From Lentisphaeria bacterium (lineage in GTDB: Bacteria > Verrucomicrobiota > Lentisphaeria > Victivallales > UBA1829): DNA of 64,000 nt. Numbering within the stretch: the stretch's first letter is position 1; every line of letters begins with the position of its first letter. The stretch is from assembly GCA_003526375.1 (NCBI GenBank), contig DPDG01000062.1, positions 24,568 through 88,567 on the forward strand, given 5' to 3'. Below are positions 57,023 through 64,000 of this stretch, piece by piece. The notes beneath the pieces are model-generated. The model did not search any database. It worked only from the letters and a program-made list of their open reading frames with translations, and was not told the DNA's origin. The position numbers and the translations under genes were made by a program.

Positions 57023-57778
57023 TCATTCATTCCAACTGGCATTCTTCGGGCCGATCACGCGCCCGCCGTCCACCATGTAATTGCTTCCCGTAATGAAATC
57101 CGCTTCCGGCGAAGCAAGATACACAACCATATTCGAGATATCCGACGCAGTTCCCGTTCTGCCGAGCCATGTGCCCTCACACGGCTTCGCCTCTCCCCCG
57201 ATCATTCCCGGAGAGATGCAGTTGACTGTAATCCCGTATTTCCCCACTTCCATGGCGACGGTTTCACTGAACATGATCACTCCGCCTTTGGAAGCCGCAT
57301 AATCCGCCCACCCGGGAAGCCCGGACACTCCGGCAATCGAGGCAATATTGATGATTCTGCCGTATCTGCGCGCAATCATTCCGCCGAGTGCCTGCCGGGT
57401 GCAGATCATGGTGCCGAACAGATTCACTTCGATCAGTCTTTTCCAGTATTCTTCCGCCGTCCGGTGGAACGCCTCGCTTTTCCCGCGGACGACTCCCGCG
57501 TTATTCACCAGAATATCCACCGGCCCCAGCCGCCGTTCCACATCCTGAAACACGGATGCCGCTTCCCGGCTGTCCGTAATGTCAAGTTTTTCCACAACGG
57601 CTTTTCCGCCGCCGGCGGCAATCTCCCTTACAAGCCCGTTGAGCTCATCCGATATGACAATATCGGCGGCGGCGACGCCTGCACCGGCTTCGGCAAGGCG
57701 CCGCACCGTATCGCGCCCGATCAGTCCGCCCGCCCCCGTAACCAGTGCTACTTTTCCATGCAACTTTTTTTCCATCAT
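57023..57778 (-). CDS. SDR-family oxidoreductase
   Basis: GKVALVTGAGGLIG and YAASKGG (YxxxK). Start chosen at MMEKKL (GGGAG 5 nt upstream); the ORF is open to 57811. Confidence 0.85.
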   Translation of the reverse strand: MMEKKLHGKVALVTGAGGLIGRDTVRRLAEAGAGVAAADIVISDELNGLVREIAAGGGKAVVEKLDITDSREAASVFQDVERRLGPVDILVNNAGVVRGKSEAFHRTAEEYWKRLIEVNLFGTMICTRQALGGMIARRYGRIINIASIAGVSGLPGWADYAASKGGVIMFSETVAMEVGKYGITVNCISPGMIGGEAKPCEGTWLGRTGTASDISNMVVYLASPEADFITGSNYMVDGGRVIGPKNASWNE

Positions 57779-57829
57779 GATTCTCCCTGCTCCAATGATT
57801 TCAGATGACATGATTCCCTTCCTGCAAAG

Positions 57830-58837
57830 TCATCCATGCAATTCTTCAATAATGCGAATCCTTCCGGCATACGCTTTCTCCCAGTCGCCGGTTCTGGAGG
57901 TCAGCACCACGGCGGCAAATCCCTGCACAGGATCAATGCAGACGGACTGTCCCGTCCAGCCGGAATGATAGATCGTCCTGTCCGAAAGATTCCGGGGGCG
58001 ATGTTCCGCCGACATATCCCAGCCGAAACTGCGCCTCGCACCGTTCTTTTCAAAACCGCACGTCGTCATGAGCTCATAATATTCCCCGGGGAAACACCTG
58101 CGATCAAGAATGTCGCAGGCAAACCGGAGCATGTCGCCCGCCGTCGAAAAACAGCTTCCGCTCCCGATCGGAAACGGCACGTTGCGGCAGACCGAATCAT
58201 TATGCTGTCCGGGGGGACGATTCGGAAACCAGTGTTCCACTTCATCCGGTCCCTTCCCCGGCGGAATCCACTGCGTCCGGCTCATCCCCAGCGGTCCCCA
58301 GACAAGTTTCCCCGCCAGTGCATCCAGATTCATACCGGAGATCCGTTCCGCAATTTTCCCGAGCAGAATGAAATTCGAGCAGGCATATTCAAACGCTTCA
58401 AGACGGGGACGGACGGGAAGTTTATTGAAAAGTTCCCTGTGGAAGACATCGACGTCTTCCGAATCATACGGTTTGCTGTTGTCAAACCCGCCCGTATGCA
58501 TGGCAAGGTCGCGAACAGTAATATCACATTGCCTTCCAAGCGCATGTTCCGGCAGGTATTCCGTGAACGGCGCATCCGGGTCAAGTTTTCCGTCCGCCGC
58601 CAGCAAAGCGCAGCACGCCGCCGTAAAAACCTTGCCGACCGATGCAATATCGAAACGGGAGTTCTCCGTCATTGCCCGCTCCACAGGCTTCACGCACTGT
58701 TTCCCCAACGGGATCACGGGACCGCCGTTTACAGTGAAAACCGCCCCCTGAATCAGACCGTTTTCAATCTGTTTCAATGCCTCGCACTTCGCATTCTCAA
58801 ACCGCCGTTCCATCGAAGTATCTTCATTCCATCTCAT
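57830..58837 (-). CDS. Serine hydrolase of the beta-lactamase/transpeptidase-like fold
   Basis: S-x-x-K motif (ASVGK) and an HSGWTG box III-like motif. Confidence 0.75.
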   Translation of the reverse strand: MRWNEDTSMERRFENAKCEALKQIENGLIQGAVFTVNGGPVIPLGKQCVKPVERAMTENSRFDIASVGKVFTAACCALLAADGKLDPDAPFTEYLPEHALGRQCDITVRDLAMHTGGFDNSKPYDSEDVDVFHRELFNKLPVRPRLEAFEYACSNFILLGKIAERISGMNLDALAGKLVWGPLGMSRTQWIPPGKGPDEVEHWFPNRPPGQHNDSVCRNVPFPIGSGSCFSTAGDMLRFACDILDRRCFPGEYYELMTTCGFEKNGARRSFGWDMSAEHRPRNLSDRTIYHSGWTGQSVCIDPVQGFAAVVLTSRTGDWEKAYAGRIRIIEELHG

Positions 58838-60018
58838 CTTGAACTCTCCTCCCCCGGTTCGCTTTCCAGCGGATGCTCCCGGTTCCGCAGCGGAAATTCG
58901 ACCCGCGCCCCCGCTTTCAGATGGGATGCGTAAATACCGTAAATCATTTCCAGCGTTTTCCTCGCGTTATAGATATTGGAAACGGGAAGACGGTCTTCTT
59001 CGATCGCACGGATCAGATCCCATGCCGCGAAATGGTTCGCGCCGATAAAGAACTGCGTATGTGGAATTCCCGGCACGGTGCGCACGAAATCATCCATCGG
59101 AACCGCCCCCGGGACCGTCCGCGTCTCCTGTACTGGGAAAAGTTCAAAGGGAACTCCGTATTCCGCAGGATACGGCGTACGGCAGATTCGCACCGGATCA
59201 TCCGGCAGTCCGTCGGTGAAACGTTCACTTAAAATGCCTTTGGTTCCGGTGACGGAAAGCCCCATATTGGTCTGCATTCCGCCATCATAATGGAAAAGCC
59301 CTCTGCGACTCTCGAACGTCCCCCGGACACCGTTCGCAAACCGGAATTCAGCGAAGAGCTCCTCCCCCGCGCAGGGACCGATCTCCTCCACGGTTTTCGT
59401 CCGTTCGGATTTCAGTGCCGGAGCCCCGCCCGTATAAAGTTCCGCGCGGACACCGACCGGGTCTCCGAAGAAAAAAATCATCAGGTCAAGCAGGTGCGTT
59501 CCGAGCGTCATCAGATCCTCCCCGCCCCCGCGATGATCGCACTTTCCGTAAGTGGAAACACGCAGGGGCGTGCCGATCTCCCCGCGCTCTACAGCCTCCT
59601 TCATTGCCCGGTATGGTGTCCCGTAACGCCCGGGATGCGCCATGCAGAGTTTGACGCCGCTTTTCTCAATGATCCGGACAATCTCATCCGCCTCCTCCAG
59701 ACTTGCGGACACCGGTTTCTCGCAGTAGATATGGCACCCTCGCTCCGCCGCCATGCGGATCTGCGGCAGATGGTCAGACGGACGGCGGGAGGTGATGATC
59801 ACGATATCCGGCTTCTCGCGTTCGATCATTTCAGCCGGATCGTAATAGCGTCTCTCCGCCTGCGTAAACTTCATGATATCCTCACACATCCGCGGATTGG
59901 AATCCGCCAGTGCGGCGATCTCGACGCCCGGCAGACCGAGAAATGCCGTATGGAGTCCGTGTAGCCCGAGGTCCGGCTTTGAAGTATCTTTGATGATTCC
60001 GACTTTCCAATGTTTCAT
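58834..60018 (-). CDS. Gfo/Idh/MocA-family oxidoreductase
   Basis: WKVGIIKD...GVEIAALADSN Rossmann N-terminus and ...CHIYCEKP (EKP motif). Confidence 0.8.
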   Translation of the reverse strand: MKHWKVGIIKDTSKPDLGLHGLHTAFLGLPGVEIAALADSNPRMCEDIMKFTQAERRYYDPAEMIEREKPDIVIITSRRPSDHLPQIRMAAERGCHIYCEKPVSASLEEADEIVRIIEKSGVKLCMAHPGRYGTPYRAMKEAVERGEIGTPLRVSTYGKCDHRGGGEDLMTLGTHLLDLMIFFFGDPVGVRAELYTGGAPALKSERTKTVEEIGPCAGEELFAEFRFANGVRGTFESRRGLFHYDGGMQTNMGLSVTGTKGILSERFTDGLPDDPVRICRTPYPAEYGVPFELFPVQETRTVPGAVPMDDFVRTVPGIPHTQFFIGANHFAAWDLIRAIEEDRLPVSNIYNARKTLEMIYGIYASHLKAGARVEFPLRNREHPLESEPGEESSR

Positions 60019-60202
60019 TTCCGCTGGTTCCCTTTTCAGAATGACAGACTGTATTGTTCTCTGCTTTCAAGATACCATCCCGCAAAGCGTTCCACAAACA
60101 GAATCTTCCCATCTTTCTGAAAAGGATCATGCAAACCGGTGCTTGATTTCAAAAAATATCCATGATATATTGCAAATGAAGCATAACAACAGGAAAATTA
60201 TC

Positions 60203-61153
60203 ATGAAAATTCAGGAAATCGCCAGACTTGCGGGAGTTTCGCCGTCCACGGTGTCGCGCGTATTCAGCCACCATCCGAATATCAGCGAGGAAATACGGGA
60301 ACGTGTTTTCGCCATTTCAAAGGAACATTCCTATCATCCGCGGCTCTCCACGAAACAGCGCAACGTGGTCATCATCACGCCGTATCAGTCGGTCTACCCC
60401 GTTCAATGCTGTGTCGAAATGATCCTGATGGCGCTCACACGGGAACTGCCCCGGCGCGGTTTCCGGCTCGAAATACTGCCGCAGGACAATCTGGAACGGC
60501 TCGACGGAATTCAGTTCTGCGCCGCCGCGGCGATCGGCGCGGAGCCCGGAGATTTCAAGCACTGGGCGGATCGTTTCAGCGTGCCTCTGGTCATTATCGA
60601 CCGTGAGGCAAAACTCAATTCGCCGGAAGTTTATCTGGTCCGCTCGGACGAAGCGCAGGGCATGGAGCTTGCCATCGATCATCTTTACAGCAGAGGCTGC
60701 CGCAAGACCGGCTGCATCATTCATGGCAAACCGGGCACGGGAAACGCGGATATCCGCCATGAAGCGATCTGCCGGATTCTCAAGAAAAAGGGACTCCCCG
60801 CAAATGATACGCTCATTCATTTCGGCAGCGACGAGGAATATCTGGAAATCATCGGAAAACTTCTGCGCCACAGAATCGACTCACTGTTCTGCCCCGGCGG
60901 AAGCGGCGGCATCCTTGCGGCATACGCTCTTTCACTTTTCGGCAGGCAGATTCCCGAAGACATCTCCCTGATCGCCTCGGAACAGACTTTCTTCTCCCGG
61001 TACGGCACTCCGCCTCAGACCACGATCACGCCGGATTATAAAGCGATGGCGTCCTCCGTCGCAGACGTCATTGAATCGCGCATCGGCGGGCAGAAGTTCC
61101 CCCCGCGCACCGTTCTGCCCTACCTCCTGATCCAACGGGAAAGCGTCAGGTAA
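60203..61153 (+). CDS. LacI-family transcriptional regulator
   Basis: MKIQEIARLAGVSPSTVSRVFSHHPNISEEIRERV is a canonical LacI HTH. The ORF-track start at 59873 overlaps the divergent gene and was trimmed. Confidence 0.85.
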   Translation: MKIQEIARLAGVSPSTVSRVFSHHPNISEEIRERVFAISKEHSYHPRLSTKQRNVVIITPYQSVYPVQCCVEMILMALTRELPRRGFRLEILPQDNLERLDGIQFCAAAAIGAEPGDFKHWADRFSVPLVIIDREAKLNSPEVYLVRSDEAQGMELAIDHLYSRGCRKTGCIIHGKPGTGNADIRHEAICRILKKKGLPANDTLIHFGSDEEYLEIIGKLLRHRIDSLFCPGGSGGILAAYALSLFGRQIPEDISLIASEQTFFSRYGTPPQTTITPDYKAMASSVADVIESRIGGQKFPPRTVLPYLLIQRESVR

Positions 61154-61182
61154 GATTGCGAGATTGCAAAGTTGCGAGATAG
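61154..61182. repeat. 3.5 inverted-orientation copies of the octamer (GATTGCGA GATTGCAA AGTTGCGA GATAG)
   Basis: Read directly. It is the reverse complement of CTATCTCGCAACTTTGCAATCTCGCAATC and begins 1 nt after the LacI stop. Confidence 0.9.
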
Positions 61183-61428
61183 TAAAGTGGAAAGATAAAG
61201 CAAGACTTTCAGGTTATGGACATTAAGCGATTAATGAATCAAATGATTTTCACTCTTTCAACAGACAGTTCACAATAGCAGAATTTACACACAAGTAACT
61301 TCACCATCTCGCCTTTTTTTCAGAGATCAGTGGCTAGGGATCAGTGATTAGTGGCTAGTGGTCAGTTAGTAGGGGAAAGGATAATAGTCATTTTAACTGA
61401 TTTTACTGAACAATAATCAATAACCACT

Positions 61429-61652
61429 ATCTCGCAATCTCGCTATCTCGCAACTTCGCAATCTCGCTATCTCGCTATCTCGCAATCTCGCTATCTCGCT
61501 ATCTCGCAACCTCGCAACCTCGCAACCTCGCAACCTCGCAACCTCGCAACCTCGCAATCTCGCAATCTCGCAATCTCGCAATCTCGCAACCTCGCAATCT
61601 CGCAACCTCGCAATCTCGCAACCTCGCTATCTCGCTATCTCGCTATCTCGCT
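61429..61652. repeat. 28-unit perfect-register tandem array of an 8-bp unit (consensus AYCTCGCW)
   Basis: Counted by hand: ATCTCGCA x11, ACCTCGCA x8, ATCTCGCT x7, ACTTCGCA x1, ACCTCGCT x1, with no spacers. The last 10 nt are the 3' end (including the stop) of the gene at 61643-62734. Confidence 0.95.
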
Positions 61653-62734
61653 ATCTCGCATCCCGGTTGATGCGGGATAATCTTTTTTCCGGCATAGAGA
61701 GAACGGAGATTTTTGACAAGGATTTCCGCCATTTCCGCAATACTGCTCTCCACGAAAATACACGGGAACGGACAGATTTCACGGCTTTCGACGGTCCGGT
61801 GAATCACCAGACGGACATCTTCGGGAACTTGAATCCGGTTCTGATACAGAGACAACGTAATGCCGCTGGAGAGATCGTCGGAATAAACAAGCAGCCCCTC
61901 CGGACGCTTCTTCATTTTCCAGAATGTCTCCATTGCGGTATATCCGAACTCTTTCATATCCACCACCGGACGATTTCCATGAATCCGGTCTTTCGTATAT
62001 TTCCACTCGTCCCGGATGCGAAGCCCGTATTCGGCGGCATGATGAAGCAATAATTCAGTAAAGCGACTGTTCTTCTCATCAAAGGAAAATGCCCCGATCA
62101 CACCGAACGTCCGGCAGCCGGACATCTGAAGCGCCTCGAAAGACCGACGGACCAGATTCTCATTGAAAAAGTATGCCGCGCCGGGAATCCTCATGCTGGA
62201 CATCCCGCAGCAGACAATCGGCAATTTGCAGATGTTCTCATAATCCGCGGCGCCGATACTGCGGAAGATGCACCCCTGAATCACCTGCTGTTCCGCCAGC
62301 CGTTTCAGGTCGCGCATTCCCTGCTCCGGATCAAAGGCGTAGACAACATGCGGCGTGATGCCATGCTTTGCAAAAGACTTTTTCAGCGCATCAATAAAAG
62401 GATAGGTGAACGACTCGCCCCGCCTCAGATGCAGATGATCGAGATAGATCGCGGCGCCTGTTATCCTTTCAGGCTGTTCGATTACAACCGAACCGGTGCG
62501 CGGACGCCGCGAAATCAATCCCTCCCGCACAAGCGTCGTCATGGCATGGTGAATATTCGTTTCAGCGGTGCCGAGTTCCTCCGCCAGCTGCTGTGCGGAC
62601 GGCAGGACACTTCCCGCCGGCAGTTCTCCGGATTTGATCTTCCTCCGGTAATATTCCACCACCTGGGAGCGAATGCTTTTTTTCGTGCTGGTCAGAATCA
62701 TGTGTTTCATCATGTATTTTACTATATCTGTCAT
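61643..62734 (-). CDS. GntR-type HTH regulator fused to a LacI/PBP-like sensor domain
   Basis: LPSAQQLAEELGTAETNIHHAMTTLVREGLISRRPRTGSVV (GntR HTH) plus a PBP-like domain. The C-terminal ...CEIAR and the TAG stop are encoded by the octamer array. Confidence 0.8.
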   Translation of the reverse strand: MTDIVKYMMKHMILTSTKKSIRSQVVEYYRRKIKSGELPAGSVLPSAQQLAEELGTAETNIHHAMTTLVREGLISRRPRTGSVVIEQPERITGAAIYLDHLHLRRGESFTYPFIDALKKSFAKHGITPHVVYAFDPEQGMRDLKRLAEQQVIQGCIFRSIGAADYENICKLPIVCCGMSSMRIPGAAYFFNENLVRRSFEALQMSGCRTFGVIGAFSFDEKNSRFTELLLHHAAEYGLRIRDEWKYTKDRIHGNRPVVDMKEFGYTAMETFWKMKKRPEGLLVYSDDLSSGITLSLYQNRIQVPEDVRLVIHRTVESREICPFPCIFVESSIAEMAEILVKNLRSLYAGKKIIPHQPGCEIAR

Positions 62735-62743
62735 TTCTTTCTT

Positions 62744-62830
62744 TTCAACTCCGAAAAGTTAATTTTTAACATGAATAATTGCTATCCTCTCTTTTAAGGT
62801 ATTGACAAAAACGAAATAAGCTGTAATAAT
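62744..62830 (+). promoter_or_regulatory. Copy 1 of a duplicated promoter/operator segment (palindrome + TTGACA promoter)
   Basis: GTTAAtttTTAAC palindrome (62758-62770). TTGACA (62802-62807), 17 nt, AATAAT (62825-62830) preceded by TGT. About 60 of 67 nt are identical to 63857-63922. Confidence 0.5.
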
Positions 62831-62847
62831 AACAGCAAGAGACGGAT

Positions 62848-63827
62848 GTGCCCGGAAATCTGATGAAGGAGCTTCTTAAGATGAAACTGAAATGGATTCA
62901 GCAATTTATCATGTGTATCGGTTTTCTGCCGCTGGCAGGGTTGACGGAGGAAAACCGTTTGGCGGGAATCTTCCCGGAACGGATCAGGACCATCGCACTG
63001 GTTGCCCCCGCCAGTCCTGGGTCCTCGACTCAAAAGGTGGACCGGGGAATCGCACTGTTGGAAAAATCCGGCATCAGGGTAAAGACCATGCCGAATGCGC
63101 GCATCGGAGAACCTGCGGGGTATACTTCGATCCCGGTGGGAAAGCGGGTTGCGGATCTGGAGCAGGCATGGCTTGATCCGGAAGTCGATCTGATCCTGTG
63201 CATTCGCGGCGGCGCCGGCACTTCCGATATTCTGGAAAGGCTGGACTGGGACAAACTGCGCACACGCCCCGATCTTCCGGTTCTCGGGTTCAGCGACATT
63301 ACGGCTCTGCACATGGCGATGCTGAAGGAAAAAGCAGGGCACCCTTATGCATCGCCCTCGCTGCTGGCGCTGCTGAGCGCGGACAATGACAGCTTGAAAA
63401 GCATTCATGCCATTCTGAACGGGAAACCGGTCTCTCCAGTTCCGCTCATCCCACTGCGCGCAGGGAAAGCGTCCGGCGTGGCGCTGGCGGGGCATTTGCG
63501 GCTGCTGGATACGTTGAACCGTTCCCGTTTTCGTCCGGAAACACAAGGCAGAGTGATCTTCATCGAGTGTCCCGATCTTACGCCCCCAGAGCGCAGCAGG
63601 CATTGGAAAGACTCCGTAAATCGGGATTTTTCGACTCCTGCGCGGCAGTGGTTTTCGGGCGCCTGAGCAACTGCGGAGATCAGGAGGAAACGGTCATGCG
63701 CAGTTTTGCCGACCGTGTAAACTGTCCGGTCTACATGGGATTTCCTTACAGCCACACGCCGCGCAACCAGATGATTGACCTGCGAGGCAAAGTCGTAATC
63801 GGCGCAGACGGAATGCTGTACCGCTGA
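62848..63827 (+). pseudogene. ldcA: LD-carboxypeptidase (peptidase S66, LdcA-like) interrupted by a 1-nt frameshift
   Basis: The N-terminal frame carries ...IALVAPAS..., ...CIRGGAGTSDIL..., ...VLGFSDITALH (Ser nucleophile) and ...IFIECPD (Glu). The C-terminal part (...QQALERLRKSGFFDSCAAVVFGRLSNC..., ...GFPYSHTP with the His) continues in frame -1 after the C5 run at 63583-63587. Confidence 0.75.
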
Positions 63828-63856
63828 CGGGACGCTTGCGGCATACGGCCTTCTCT

Positions 63857-63941
63857 TTCAACTCTGAAAAGTTAATTTTTAACATAAATCATTACTATCC
63901 TCTCTTTCAGGTATTGACAAAACAGAAAAAATCGTTATAAT
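63857..63941 (+). promoter_or_regulatory. Copy 2 of the duplicated promoter/operator segment
   Basis: GTTAAtttTTAAC (63871-63883). TTGACA (63914-63919), 16 nt, TATAAT (63936-63941). Confidence 0.5.
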
Positions 63942-63958
63942 TAAAAGAGAGGAAAGAA

Positions 63959-64000
63959 ATGATTGTTGCAAACAAAAATTCAGGAGACCATCAATGCATT
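63959..64000 (+). CDS. Start of an unidentified gene (only 14 codons in the window)
   Basis: ATG at 63959, preceded by AGAGAGGAAAG and the promoter copy 2. MIVANKNSGDHQCI... Confidence 0.25.
   Translation, partial: MIVANKNSGDHQCI

Noticed and set aside
53227-58933. Series of long plus-strand ORFs (53227-54387, 54077-55273, 55134-56027, 56156-57808, 57836-58933)
   Set aside because: All are antisense to the oxidoreductase/hydrolase genes, which carry clear Rossmann, YxxxK, EKP and SxxK motifs. The antisense products are R/H/P-rich.
59873-60202. 110-aa N-terminal extension of the LacI-family ORF
   Set aside because: It overlaps the divergent Gfo/Idh/MocA gene. The canonical LacI HTH begins at the ATG at 60203.
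61417-61605. 62-aa minus-strand ORF with a periodic RDCEVARLRDCEIARLRGCEVARL sequence
   Set aside because: It is a translation artefact of the 8-bp tandem array (24-nt, 8-aa periodicity). It has no RBS and no non-repetitive part.
61429-61652. Possible CRISPR array
   Set aside because: The units are only 8 bp, directly abutting with no spacers, and no cas genes are nearby.
62794-63603. 269-aa minus-strand ORF
   Set aside because: It is antisense to the LdcA-like gene, which has S66 catalytic motifs.
62848-63827. Two separate small genes (62848-63666 and 63567-63827)
   Set aside because: Together they reconstitute one LdcA-type protein with Ser, Glu and His split across the frames, so a single frameshifted gene is the more economical reading.
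1-64000. tRNA, rRNA, tmRNA or other standard RNA genes
   Set aside because: None was recognised by eye in the intergenic regions. This is a weak negative and should be confirmed with tRNAscan-SE and Infernal.

Overview
A 64-kb chromosomal window with about 55 protein-coding genes and no rRNA, tRNA or CRISPR array visible by eye. FTLIELL / H-X9-DG prepilin-like genes next to hybrid GntR/LacI sugar-sensor regulators suggest a PVC-superphylum bacterium (Lentisphaerota/Victivallales-like or Planctomycetota-like); this is inference only. Left to right: (1) a regulator + prepilin-like + secreted glycoside-hydrolase-like cassette (1-6133). (2) corC, cdaA, cdaR and glnS on the minus strand. (3) A compact Mu-like phage head module (portal, protease/scaffold, small head protein, major capsid, gp36-like) with no terminase, tail, transposase or integrase (11.1-15.3 kb). 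(4) hcp, a TetR regulator, and hydG with the TM1266-type small regulator. (5) A MarR-GNAT-aminotransferase operon. (6) A second regulator + prepilin-like + secreted enzyme cassette (23.2-28.8 kb). (7) A three-gene ABC importer. (8) A 17-kb, visibly more AT-rich, single-strand surface-polysaccharide locus headed by a NusG/UpxY-like gene (33.4-50.8 kb). (9) dinB. (10) An eight-gene, dehydrogenase-rich cluster with a divergent LacI regulator (52.4-61.2 kb). (11) An unusual non-coding region holding 28 tandem copies of an 8-bp unit. (12) A GntR-type regulator and a frameshifted LD-carboxypeptidase gene. No recognisable defence system is present. The candidates for undescribed biology are the repeated regulator/pseudopilin/CAZyme cassette, one copy of which has an in-frame duplicated FTLIELL motif; the intact head-only Mu-like module; the octamer repeat region; and the regulator-linked oxidoreductase cluster. 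All functional calls come from motif recognition in the supplied translations. No database search was run.
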